Positions 38,401 through 51,536 of a stretch of 64,000 nucleotides of DNA are shown in pieces. This DNA is from Girardia tigrina. Taxonomy: Eukaryota. The stretch lies in the NCBI GenBank assembly GCA_001938485.1, contig MQRK01177738.1, positions 1 through 64,000 on the forward strand, in the 5' to 3' direction. How positions within the stretch are numbered: position 1 is the first letter of the stretch; each line of letters opens with the position of its first letter. Both the position numbers and the translations under genes were made by a program. Below the pieces are notes generated by a model. The model was not told the DNA's origin and ran no database searches. It worked only from the letters and a program-made list of their open reading frames with translations.

Positions 38401-39169
38401 TTAATATCAAAATTAATATACAGTATAAAACATTTCATTTGGTTTGTTAATTTTATATTTCTTTATTGCTTAACATTGAGAAATTTCAAAAATAAAAGAC
38501 TTTAACTTTTTTCTTTCATTTCACTTGCTTTCACATTGTATATCGAGTAAATGTTTAAAATTATTTATATTTAATTTGCGTAAATTAAACCAACAAATGG
38601 TTTTGTAATTTTGCAAAGCATTTTTTATTTAATTTTATTTTAATTATGAATCAATTGGTTAGTGGTTCTTTTGCAACAAATAACAGAAAGGATAGCCGAT
38701 TGAAGCCCCACCCAAACATCGAATTTGGGACGAAAAAAGAAAATATTTATTGATTAATGTAAAAGACAAAAAACATAAAAATGAAGTCATCCTTCAAATA
38801 CAGAAGAAAGATAAAACAAAATTACTTTTTTCATGTTTTTATACACAGAAATGTGAGACTAAATCAGATAAACCAAATTACTTTTGGCTTCCTAATCAGT
38901 TTCTTTACTCACCCAACCTAGAAGTACTCAAAATTTTAAATAATTAAATTATATTTAATTATATTGATTTGTATTAAATAATGAAATTATTTTTTTTCGA
39001 GAATAAAATGTTTTACCTTTAATAATCATAAAATAGAAAATCAAAATTTTAATAATAATAAAATTAATATTTTTTAATTTGTTTGAATAAAATATTGTTT
39101 TGATTTCAGAATATATAAAAATATAACAATATCATTAAAAAGATATTTTATGATAATATATTACCACGA

Positions 39170-40096
39170 TTTTACCGTTTCATCACATCACTGATTTTGT
39201 GCAAAACGTAAATGCGAGTCTTTCTGTCATCTCTGCAAAAGAATCCAAGAACTATCATAGAGATGAACAAAGTACTATTGCCGAGTACCAGAAAACTTGC
39301 TCCTTCTCGAAAAAAGGATTTTAAGAGTCTGTGCAAACATTTTAAATATTTTTGGGAGAGAGTGTTATGTAAAAGATAAAGCGAATAAAGTCTTGATACA
39401 AAAATCAATATTCTAAATTTAATTCAGCTCATAAAAAAGTCATTAATTGCATGAGTAATTCACATTCAGTACAAGGTCTTTGGAATGTGTACATGAAACA
39501 AGAGTTGATTTAGTGTGTGACTCAAGTTACATTTTCATTGTGCATGTGAGGAATATTTTAAATTTGGTATGTTTAAATTGGTTTGTTGAATTTTGTATGT
39601 TGAGTTTAGTATTTGGAAATGTGTTTCTCCCACCCAGATGGAAAATTGATATTTTGGATGTTCNNNNNNNNNNNNNNNNNNNNNNNNNNNNNNNNNNNNN
39701 NNNNNNNNNNNNNTATTTTAAAGTACAACATAAGATATTTAAAAACATTAAAAATATTAAATCGTTTCAAATTTTCATATTAAAATTTAAATAAAATAAA
39801 TAGTTTTAACTAAGTTTTGAATTAAATAAATGCTCTTTCTTTCCATAAAATAATTTTTAAATAAAATTAATATGTAAATAAAATTAATAATAAAATTACA
39901 AAATTTGAACTTTAAAAATAAAATCTGAAAATAATGAAAAATTTGTTCGAATAATTGTTTATTAACAAACATTAACTAAAATTTATCAATTTAGAACGAT
40001 GTCGAATGACGAGAGTTTTGCTGAGAGTTGTCCAAAAGATAATTCTGATTGTAATGAAAATAAAAGTTCGAAAACCCATGTTGGTGTTCTTAATAG
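39170..40096 (+). mobile_element. PLE pLTR: GIY-YIG end, CCCACCCAGATGG box, spacer, ORF start
   Basis: CESFCHLCKRIQE..STIAEYQKTCSFSKKDFKSLCKHFKYFWERVLC..TKINI; TTTAG-AACG-ATG(39999) MSNDESFAESCPKDNSDCNENK..VLN; the expected hammerhead position falls in the N-gap. Confidence 0.75.
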
Positions 40097-40129
40097 TGCA
40101 TGTACTCCAATATTAAAAAATAGTTGTAA

Positions 40130-40870
40130 TACCTGTGTGCAGCTTCCATATCACAAAGGCGAATTAATTTACTTCTTACGAAGAATTTAAAAATTGGAAT
40201 GATTGATTGCTTATCTCTAATGTCAAAGCATTGTTTAAACATGATATCCATCTCCTACCCGTAAGATTGGAAAAAAATAGAAAGCGATGATGAACCTTTG
40301 GTACTTCAGTGTTATCTTATCCCCAAAGTTTTTTTGACAGCGTTAGTCAATGACTAAGCATGCTCTGTGCAATTTTCTGTAGCAACGTAGAGTCCTGAAC
40401 AACCCGCGCATGTGCAGCAATAAGCATAGTATGACTTTGTCACTAAATGACCATCACGATGCGTTTCCTTAACAATTGGTTTTAGATGGGATTTTTAGAA
40501 AAACTGGTAATTAATTTTTGTTCATGGTCCCATACTTTGTACCAGTATATTGCACCAGTAAGTAACATTGTATAGAACGAGTGAAGTGAGTACGTTGGAA
40601 TTACAGTGATACCAGGACAAGGTTAAACATATGTCACCTTTAAACATTAACTTCAATTTGTAAATCCTGTTACCAGTGCCCAAACACAAACAATTAAGGA
40701 AACGTGGATGGCGTCAAAGGAAAGGATAAAATGACAAAATGGAACTCATAGACACATGATTGATGTTACGTAAAAGTGTTCTAAGCAACAATATCATCGA
40801 ATTTGACACTTTTATCAATGACATTATGGTTTTCTGTTCATCTGAATGACCATTTGCTGCGTTTGGAACT
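40130..40870 (+). mobile_element. Decayed Gypsy-like RT fragment
   Basis: FINDIMVFCSSE resembles YIDDIIVFS; heavily disrupted. Confidence 0.4.
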
Positions 40871-41290
40871 GTAATTTAGAAAATAAATGTACGAATTATC
40901 TTTATATATAAAATTTTCGGGGCTAAGATTACACGGTACCTATATTTTTAGTAATGTTTTTTTTACATTTATGGAGCGGAAATTACACCTAGGATTGACC
41001 AAACATTTGCCGTCATTAAAAATTAAAATTAAATAAAGAATAAATAAAAATGATAAATTCAAAATAAGTAAATTAAATAAATAATAAAGTTCTTTAAACG
41101 AATTAAATAAGAAAATTAATTAAGTTCGAAATTAAATTAAAAAAAATAGTTATTATGAAACTAAATAATTAATAAGAGTCTATATTTCGCTATTTTGAGG
41201 AAATCTTAAAATCTTATTCTTTATTATTTTCGAAATGTTAACATATGGTAGAAATCGATCGTATTCTTTCAAAATATTCATTGTTACTAT

Positions 41291-41790
41291 TGTGAGGAAT
41301 ATTTTAAATTTGTTATGTTGAATTTTGTATGTTTTATTTGGAAATGTGTTTTTCCCACCCAGATGGAAAATTGGTATTTTGGATGTTCACGATGAACAGT
41401 TATTTGAACATTGTTTGCATTATAAATTTCAACATAAGATATTAAAAAACTTTTAAAATATTAAATTGTTTCAAATTTTAATATCAAAAATTTAAATAGA
41501 GTAAATAAATTTTAACTTATTTTTAATTTTAAGTAAATAAATGTTTTTATTTTAATAAAATCATTTTTAAAATTAAATTAATTTTTAGATAAAATTATTA
41601 TTGAAATTACAAAAGTGGGATTTTTAAAAATAAAATCTGAAATGATTTAAAATGAAAATTTGTTTATTAACAAAAATCTATCAATTTAGAAAGATGTCGA
41701 ATTCTGAAAGTTTGTCTGAGAGTTGTCCAAAAGACAATTCAAATTGTAATAAAAATAAATGTTCAAAACCCAAATTGCTGTTCTCAATAA
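41291..41790 (+). mobile_element. PLE pLTR/ORF-start fragment
   Basis: Homologous throughout to 39545-40096; TTTAG-AAAG-ATG(41694) MSNSESLSESCPKDNSNCNKNKC. Confidence 0.7.
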
Positions 41791-42264
41791 CTATAATTGT
41801 CCGATTTCGGTAAAATTGTGTGCAAAATTGTAAGTTTGAATTGTGTGTGTTTATTTGTTTGAATGTGAATGTGTGTGTATAAAATGAAATAAATAAATTA
41901 TGTAATGTGTAATTGCTTGTGTGTATATGCGTGTGAGAAATTGCGAATCTGATTGGCCAATGGTGTGTATGTGTCGAAGAAATATTTGTCACAATTTCAA
42001 TGTAAAAAAAATCAATATGATGTTAAAAAATGTGTCATGTAAAAACAAATGTTTGAACAATTCAAGAGTTAAAAAATGTTTTTTTTTAAATGAGAAATAA
42101 AAGTTATTAAGAAATTTAGATATTCAAAAATTATTTGGAATAATAATAAAAATCAAACAATGAAATCTTCTATCATAAAAAGGTTTCTTAATTCGAAAAA
42201 CATTGATCCAAAAGGCTACTTTAATAATATGAAAATGGATGATTTGATTTGTTTTAAAAATGAG

Positions 42265-43449
42265 TAAAATCAGAAGTCGATATTTCTAATGATTCTTCTC
42301 CGGATGATAACGGCAGTCGTTTCAAGGATCACAGGCAAAATGACATTCGTTTTCTCTTTCGTATCGAAAAGGACACTGTTTCTGCAACAATTTAAATTTA
42401 AAATGTAGCATATCATCTTTAACAAATTTAAATTGTTCTATATATCTTAAAAAACGTGATGAATTAATTCCAACACCTAATAGAATGAAAATAAATCTTA
42501 AAGTAACTTTTTCTAATATAAATAAATTGGGAATAGTTTAGAGATGAACATAAAATGTTTGAAGTTAGAGATACAAACTTTGTCAAGACGATGATGATAA
42601 GAATTGTAAACCCTATAGTCAAAGCAGGTGTGATAAAGTGTAGAGAGAACTAATTTTATATATTGTCTACAAATTAGGAACCTGATTTTTGGGAATATTA
42701 TTAATTTAATCAATTAATTTATTTAAATTATAAATAAAATACAATAATTGACATTTAAATTCATGTGAACGAATTTTCAATTGGAACTAATTGTATGGGG
42801 CATATTGGAATAAATAATATTTGAGTATAAAGAGTTTTGATTTTTGTGGTAATAACAGTTAACAAGTAAAAAAAGAGACAAAATCAATAGCAAGAAATAT
42901 AGGAGTTATTAAAGCAATGTTTTATATTATTGATTCATTTCCAGTCAGTGAATTTTATTTCCTTGTCACCTAGCATTCTGTAGTGCCCAAATGGGAGCCC
43001 CCAGAATCCAATTTACGACAGATCCGGTCATTATTTTCATTTATAATATCAATGTAAGATGCAAGTTATTAAAATTCCATAGATAATGCAATGTTAGAAG
43101 ATCTTAAGGGGATTTTAATTAAAAAATGTCTTATATCTAGATTTAAAAGAAATTCTGAAGTATTTTTATTATAAGGTTATGCATTTTTAAACGTATATGT
43201 ATACATTCTTATGAACCCATTTTACCAAAAAATACAATTAATTTTTTAAATAAATTATTTATATATGAACATTAAAATATGATTTAATTATTAAGATCAA
43301 GAATAATAAAATAAACTTATTAACACATTGTAATCGGATCACGTATTAAAATCAGAAGTCGATATTTCTAATGATTCTTCTCCGGATGATAACGGCAGTC
43401 GTTTCAAGGATCACAGGCAAAATGACATTCGTTTTCTCTTTCGTATCGA
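42265..43449 (+). repeat. Perfect 103-bp direct duplication (42265-42367 and 43347-43449)
   Basis: Identical by eye. Confidence 0.9.
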
Positions 43450-44275
43450 TTTAAACGTAAAACGTTTTTAGCAAATTAATGCTAAAGAGCGGATCACGTA
43501 TTTATACGTTTTTGATAGATTGTTAGTGGAGCGCGGGTCACGTTAAAATACTGGTTCCAATATACTTGAGTTTTCGCTACATAGCGTCTGTAGGGTTGTA
43601 GCCATGCAGGTAAAAACCTTTTGAGAACAATAGATGGGGTGTACGATGGGTACCGAGGTAGTGTTATTCATCACAAAAATAGTCGAAGATNNNNNNNNNN
43701 NNNNNNNNNNNNNNNNNNNNNNNNNNNNNNNNNNNNNNNNNNNNNNNNNNNNNNNNNNNNNNNNNNNNNNNNNNNNNNNNNNNNNNNNNNNNNNNNNNNN
43801 NNNNNNNNNNNNNNNNNNNNNNNNNNNNNNNNNNNNNNNNNNNNNNNNNNNNNNNNNNNNNNNNNNNNNNNNNNNNNNNNNNNNNNNNNNNNNNNNNNNN
43901 ATATTTTTGAAGTTATCGCAATTTTTCTAGAGGTCTACGTTAGCGCGAAATTACGCGAAAAATCACCCGTTACCAGCACTAGTACGCGGCCGAAAACTGC
44001 CCGATCACAATATGTTAAAGGAATAATTAACCTCTACAGTTTTAGTTAATCACTGTCTCATATTGCGAAAAAGAATTCTTAAAAATATACTCTTATATTG
44101 AATTAATTGCAGCTTCGATGTATATTTTGATATCATCAAAGGTATTTTTGGATCCCGATTATTGTTATAACGAGACTTCACGTGGGTCCCTAGAGAAAAG
44201 CAGCAAGAAACACATTTAAAATTTAATATTAAAAGTTTTAATAATTCTTCATATTTGTCTATTGCATAATTTAGA

Positions 44276-44675
44276 TCTCAATATATAATATATTTGTCTA
44301 AAATGTTTGTTTGTTTGTTAGTTTGTCGGTCATGCTTGATGATCTACTTAAAATTGTAAGTAGATAATTAAATAAAAAATATTATAAATAATATATTTGT
44401 CTAAAATGCAAAATGCCGAAGGATCCGGAGCAAATCCAAGTAAGAAAGTGAGCAATCTTAATATCCCTTACTAAGACGGTTCTGTCAATGCAGCACTTTC
44501 ACCAGAAAGTCCATGAAATCGACCAAAAACCGTGCTTGTCGACCGACTGTTAAATCAATACAAAATTCGAAAATATAAATAATAAATAATCATAATTACG
44601 ATTGAAAAATTAAAACAGAAACTTTCGAAGACGAAAATTTAGCTCATCCGTCATACATGACGGGTCTCTTGCCGG
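44276..44675 (+). mobile_element. Non-autonomous Helitron (~400 bp)
   Basis: A|TC start, TATATAA and (TTTG)n near the 5' end, 3' hairpin CCGTCA-TACA-TGACGG, then CCGG|T (variant CTRR). Confidence 0.75.
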
Positions 44676-45099
44676 TCTGATTAACATTTAAAAGTAATTT
44701 ACATATTTAGCTACAAAAATAATTTGATAATATTTAAGTTAAATAATTATAAATTCTGTTTTTTTAATAATTTATGAGGAATTCGAGGCTTATATTCATA
44801 TTAATTGAAAGACTTATCCTCCTTAATTATTAAAAAAATAAAATTTAATACCGAATAATAAATTTAATTTAGCAGAGCAATTTGGAATTCACATTTGAAA
44901 TATTGGATATAAATATGAATTTATAATTAATTTAATTTGTATTTGCAACGAGAATGCCATAATTTTCATTTTAGTTAATAAATTTTCAAGCGTAAGATTA
45001 GGTTTTCGAAGAAAATTTTGGAGAAGTCTAGATAATTTTCTGTAAAATTTTGCAGTTCAGTATATTTTAAATATTCTTTTGAGCCATATTTCTTACCTT

Positions 45100-45360
45100 A
45101 CCTTAAAGATGATGAAACGGGTAAAGGTTCATCCTCTTAGAAACGACCTCTATAGGAAATTTAAACTTTTTGGTATACAGTGGTAACGGAGTCTCATCCA
45201 TAGTGATGAAATTATCCAAATACACTCGAATGCTCATCACAAAATCGTTCGGTGGTTTTGCATTTATCCAGTTAAAATCGTGGCACAAAGCGGGATGATA
45301 TTTTTTGGATGTCAATTACACTGAAGAAAGTTTGAGTGAAATATTTAGCGTTGAACATCA
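45100..45360 (-). mobile_element. mariner transposase fragment
   Basis: YLDNFITMDETPLPLY (first catalytic D motif). Confidence 0.6.
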
Positions 45361-45699
45361 ATTTGATTTAAAAATTTGTCGAACCTCAATTATTTTGAAA
45401 TTTTTTTGAACGCAAGTTGCTAATTATTTAAAATTTTGTCAAACTTTGATTTATTTAAAAGAATTTATTGAACTGTCATTTTTGAATTTAGTATCACAAA
45501 TTTTACTGAATCAGATAAAAAATAATAAATAACTGTGGTTCTCCGGTCAAACGACCGAAATAAAAAAAACTGATTATTTTGTGTTTAAATTAACTTAAGT
45601 AATAATAGCTATGTGCAAAAAATTTGAATTGGATTTGTGAATTATACAAAATAAATGGTTGTTTCTTGTCACAAATTTTATCGTATTCTTTTTTAATTC

Positions 45700-46380
45700 G
45701 AATAAAAAAAAATAAAAGCGATCCGCATCGCTCAGACTCGACCGACCGTACCTCACACATCTCGGCGGCGCATCAATACAACATCTGGGTCGCGGATTGA
45801 TGAGCCGACAAGACAATCTGCCGCTTCAAGCGGATCCGGCGGTTACACTCGAAGCCTGGTGTAACATTCGGAGAAACTCAAGAAATAGCAAGGGTAATGT
45901 TATTAGTAAGTCATTCTGGTCAACAGGATGTATTCGACGTCGGGAAAACTGAAAAAGTAGACAAATTTCGAAGGATGGAAAAAGGTAAATGTTTTTTGTC
46001 ATAAAGAAGACCATTTTGCGAATAGATGTCCAGAGAAGAGTAAAAAAAGTTATTTGTTTTACGTGTAGTAGTTCTGGTCATATAGCTCGAAATTGCCCAT
46101 CGGGAAACGGGTATTGAGATGTGTCCAATGTGGAGTATGGCGCGTCCATGCAATTATGTGAAATTGCCTACTTATCCAATTACGGGAAGCCGCGGTCGAC
46201 CGAATGGGTGTTACTTACTCGACAAAGCGCCTGCTGGGAGAAACTCGATCCGACCGGTTACCGGCGCCCATCGAACTGGCCGATCAATCCTATCATCCGG
46301 CATTTTCCCGCACAATTAAGAGATGCTGGTTACCGCCACTCTGTCCGGCAGCCGACACCTATAACCATTCAATGAATGAA
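45700..46380 (+). mobile_element. Gypsy gag remnant with two CCHC knuckles
   Basis: C..CHKEDHFANRC and CFTCSSSGHIARNCPSGN at ~45990-46110. Confidence 0.75.
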
Positions 46381-47819
46381 CATTTTCAAAAATAAAATTC
46401 AGCCAGCATGAAGTCAAAATTCCCAAATTTTAAATCTTTACTACTACTACCGTCCGGTCTTCAGGGAAATCTAGTGATCGGTGAACACACGCTCTTAACT
46501 TTTTTTTCAGTTCATGCTTTATTTTTGGATCAATTTCGAAATGTCTTCCTGGTTTTTCATCATTAAGAACGGAGATTCTACCGCTGTGAATGTAATTGTT
46601 TCAACGATAAATTGTTTCTCTAAAAGGACACTTATCTCCATAAACAACAATGAATACAATGTTGACTTATTCCCTAATGTTGTCTTTCTTAAATTGGAAA
46701 CGAAAAACAGTGCGTTATTGTACACTTTCCTTAGACATTTTGAAATAAACGCTAAAGTTACTTAAACAAAAAGTAGTTCGTTAAAACAAACTGTATTGTA
46801 CGTACCCATATTGTTTAAAATCATTGTAAAATTTTTAACTGATTTGATTAATTTATTTTAAATTCTTAAATAAATAAAGCAAATAATTATTTTTTAAATA
46901 ATTAATATTCATTTCAATTTCAACCAATGAAATTCCTTGAAAATATTTTGAAATCATTTTTAGATGCCAAATCGTTTCAGATAATTGACCAAAATATATT
47001 AATATATTTAAACGATATTAATATTCTATTTTCAATAGTTCCAGTGACAATCCATAAAGGATTTATAATAAGAGTTATAACGTTTTTGGGAGTTCTCATT
47101 ATTAATAGTAATATACTCTAATGTATATAAATATATATTAAAGGAAAATATTAATTTTTTATGATATTTTAAACAACTTGGATGTATAAAGTTTATGAAT
47201 TAAAATCTAGACACTTCTGCTAAAATAAAATTTGTACATTAATTTATATTTATAATAAATATTTAAAAAGCAGTTTTCAATTATATCTTTCATTTATAGA
47301 AGGCATTTTTTGAAGAAATATTTGTTATAAGTTGTGGAGCCAGGGCAATTGATTGTTCAGAGATAAATTTTAATATATCCTCCTTAACAACATCATCCGA
47401 TATAGAAGATTTTTTAATTACAATTTTGAGGTGAATTTGATATAAGAATGAATTTTACAACTAAAAATTTAAGAATAATTTTTATAATTAATTTTAATAA
47501 ATAATCTCACTATATTAACCATTTAAAAAGTATAGAAATAAGATCTAAAAGGTATAGCCGGGTTTAAAAGGAAAATCTGCCCGCGTGGTTTTTTTCCATT
47601 TGCCCTCGTTTTGACATCAAATAAAGATAATTCAGTCAAATGTTTAGCTATTTATCCCAAACAGTTTTCGAGTATTTGAAGGAAACCGATTTTCGATTTT
47701 TTAATAGTAAAATTCAAAATAAATCAATGATGATTTTTTTATTAAAAAATTATTAATTTAAAATTGCTATAAATAAAAAATTTTAAAATTTAAAATGAAG
47801 GCAGATATTAATGTATTAG

Positions 47820-49000
47820 AGAAACCTATTGTAACGATAAATTCTACGCAATCCCTCGCAGATATTCCATTCTGTCTCTGTTTCTATACCCTGACACAAT
47901 AGTATCAATTATATTGTCTGTTTAATATTTGATTTGTCTTTCTGTCGGCCCATCACCTTAAATGAACTCCAATTGAAACTGATTATTTGTTTTTTGAACA
48001 TTTTCAATCCAGAGATAAATCTCTAAATTGATGGATGTTCTATTGCGAATCGCGATTGAAGACACCTATGTGTCGCTTCAATATTTTTTTTAGTTTGGAC
48101 CCTCTCTATTTAGTGTCTGAGAAAATACTGACCAAATTTCAGGGTTAAATTTTGGATTGATTCTTGTAAAATTTAGATGAGATCTTTCAATATAGTTATC
48201 GAACCAGTCTAATACGAGAAACAAGAGATTATCGATATTGGAAGATAGAGTTTCAAATGATTCAACTAGGTCTTGCAATGTAAGGAAGGCCAAGGCTAAG
48301 ACCATCCTTGTGGATAGGCAAAATGTCGGATCAGTATTATAGAAATTTAAAAGATGGTTTGTGGCTCTACAACTATGTAAGTTCCTCGACAAACGAAAAT
48401 GACAGTCGTGTATTGGAACATTTGGATAGATGGAAGAAATTGCATTCAAAATAGCTTTTCAAAATCGCAGCTGATCGAATTTGGACGCAAATAGGAATAT
48501 GTACAGGGTGGCCCAATGGGTATGCATGCGCTAATTTTTACATATATATCGCAAGATCCAAAAATGAGGCCAATTTTATTACGAAATTAGAAGTTGTGAC
48601 CTTTATTTCATTTCTTTTAGACCCCATATGTTCTATACCAAAATGTTCGTCTTGATGAGGAGATTCTGAATATGTAAAAAATAGCGCATGCGTACCCATT
48701 GGGCCACCCTGTAAATAAAATAAATCAAAAAACTTTACAATATGATTCTTCCATTTAATCTGTCAACAGAGCAAAAAATATCGGAATTACAAAGCCTAAT
48801 CATTTCCACAGAATTACAAATACATTTGAAAACAATGGAGAGATAAACTAAAAGTTCTATCAACGAAAAGATGATCCATATATATGTACCACGAGGTATT
48901 CAATTATTTTCCAATTAGTAATACTCTTTTGGGTTATTTCTTTCAGAATCATATAAAAACAATCTTTCCGATTCTCAAAGAAAAGGTTCAAATATGATGC
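47820..49000 (-). mobile_element. MULE transposase remnant
   Basis: ISCDFEK..NAISSIYPNVPIHDCHFRL..LALAFL matches DFE..C.FH; interrupted by a MITE. Confidence 0.85.
48504..48711. mobile_element. Tc1/mariner MITE
   Basis: ~28-bp TIR CAGGGTGGCCCAATGGGTAyGCATGCGCTA, TA TSD. Confidence 0.92.
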
Positions 49001-49109
49001 AAGAATTGAGAATGAATAGATTAGAGAGAGCTGTTAGTACCAATTGGTGATGATAAACAAATAATACAAAATGTTGAAAAATTCAAGAATTTCAAAACAA
49101 CGGGGAGAA

Positions 49110-50590
49110 TGTGAGGATTGGTGCACTCTTAAAATTTTTGAATGTATAAAATAAGCAAATATCTAAAATCAAAAGTTCTTGAAAAGAATTATAATTAAAA
49201 ATGTCTCTAATTAATTTTAATAAGTTATTCTCAAAAATAAATAAATGAAATTTTATTTGCTAAAAATGTAATTTTTAAAAAAGACTTTTTAACAATTAAA
49301 GCTATTTGAAAATTTTGTAAGTTTAAAATTACGTATTTTTAAACAGTTGAGTTTTTAAAAATAAAACAATCATTAAAAATTTTATAATTAATTTTTAAAA
49401 AAGTGGTTCTTTAAAAATTAAAATAAATTTTTTTAAATTAAATTAAAAAGACAAAAATTAAAACAATCTTATTAAACAATTTTATAATTAACGTATAAAT
49501 ATTTAGAATTAAAACTAAAATATATATGGATATTTATAATAAAATTTTGATATCTGGTTTTCTGCAAAATAAGAAAATATTGTTCCTAGTAAATTTGTTT
49601 GGAAATTGTTAATTGTAATAAAAATAAATATTTGGAATAATGAATTCTATTCTTGTCCTGGAACCCAACATACCGATTATAGCAAGCAGCTCGAATCAAT
49701 TGATATCGAGACTCCTACCGGAAAGGTACAGGAGACATGACGATATCGAAAGTTTTATAGCGGCTTGCTCAAGATATTTTAATGTAGTCAAAATACCAGA
49801 AAACACCTAAGAGATATTGGCAATTGGTTTATTATCACATGATGCTTCAGCAGGTATATAAGAGCGCATCAGTAAAAATTAAAAGATACGAAGTTCCAGA
49901 GCGAAAAAAAGCACCTTAATAAAAGATTTGAAAGAGGCGATAAATATTGGAAGGTCAGAAAAATCTGCCGAGGAATATTTTAGAAAGATAAGAAAGCTAA
50001 CGGAAAAACTTGCAAAACATAAATGGACAGTGGAAGAAATTGAAAGATGTCTTCTGATTCACGGATCAAAAGATAATGACGAAAAAAAGGAGATCATATT
50101 CGGAAAAGTGAAAGAAATAACAGAAGTGAATAACGTGGTTAAGAAAGTAGACAAAGTCCGGATAATGGAAAAGCCGGTGCACGCAATACGACAAACATAT
50201 AGAGATGTGGTCAAAACAAAAACAAAAATTGCAACAAGAAATATGACGAGGAAAGGAGATACCTTCGAAAGACGTACTTCTATGTTGAGCAACATCACAT
50301 GTTGGACCTTTTAAGAAGTTGGACATACAAGTAATGAATGTAAACGACAGAAGAAAGTCACATGCTTTGAATGTGGAGAAGAAGAACACGTGCAACGTGA
50401 ATGCAGGAAGGTAAGATGTGGAAGGTGTTACAACTTAGCGCATAGAGCTGAGAAATGTTACATAAATTTGAATGTTACATAGAAAAGATTATCAAAGGAA
50501 AATCCAGAACGTTAAAATTTAACAGATGGACAAAGGAGAAATACAGTTCTTGAAAAGAATTATAAGTTAAAATATCTCTAATTAATAGTA
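49110..50590 (+). mobile_element. Deleted LTR retrotransposon: LTR pieces plus gag with three zinc knuckles
   Basis: GGGGAGAA|TGTGAGG LTR-start-like junction; direct repeat AGTTCTTGAAAAGAATTATAA at ~49174 and ~50545; PERYRRHDDIESFI; CFECGEEEHVQREC and CGRCYNLAHRAEKC. Confidence 0.8.
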
Positions 50591-51536
50591 GAAATTTGAA
50601 ATTTTAATTGCTATAAATGTAATAAACTATGGATTATTATGACGAATATTATCTAATTCACCTGAATTTATTGCCACAAACCGATAAATTATTCGCGCGA
50701 TTTGAAGAACAGAAAGTCTAATTGAAATTAAATCAACAGAAAAACATTCAACAATAATTATTCGAAAAAACAAATCCACAACAACATTCGCTATCTCAAT
50801 TACCTATCTCAATTTTACTTCATCGATTCCCACCCTAACTCGTCGTCATCGGCAGTCCTCAATAACAATAACAAATAATTCCAATCTCGTCGACGATCCG
50901 CACAATTATCTCGTCAATAATTATTCGAACTACAACTAAAATTATCGGGTTTTTATATCGATTTTCTTTTATTATAATCTTTATGTTAGTTTATTTTATT
51001 GTTAAATATTTAACTTAAATGAAAATTTATTTTTTATATTTTTATTTATTTATATCATTAGTTAAAAGAGCTCATTGAATCATCCGTTTCAATGTGCTCT
51101 TTTACAAGTACATTTCCATAAATATTTAAGCAAAATATTTATAAAAAATGTAAATTAAAAAATAATTTTGTTATTCAAATAAATTAAAAAAAAGAATATT
51201 GAAATATGTATTAAAAAATTCAATTGAATTATTCTTTATTATTATTATTAAAATATTTTCATAAAGTAAATAGTTGGAATTTATCACCAGAAATGTAAAC
51301 ATACCCCATTAAACATTGTCCATCCTGTTGGAGACATCATTCCAACTGGTGATTGATATGTGTTTCCCATTACGAACGAATACCAATCCTCCAACAATTA
51401 TCTCAAATCTCATTGGTTAAAAATAAAAGTAAATATTATTTAATTTTAAAAAAACGAATAATTCAATTTATCAACTTATTCATTTGACTCACTCAAACCA
51501 AACAAATTGGCAAAATATTCCATCGTCATCTCGCAA

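Noticed and set aside
40899-41000. Helitron-like 5' end TCTTTATATATAAAA
   Set aside because: No matching 3' hairpin/CTRR found, so it cannot be delimited.
43621-44049. ORFs spanning the 210-N gap
   Set aside because: Length is an artefact of the Ns.
46514-46765. Overlapping ORFs with faint cullin-like words
   Set aside because: Similarity too weak to support.
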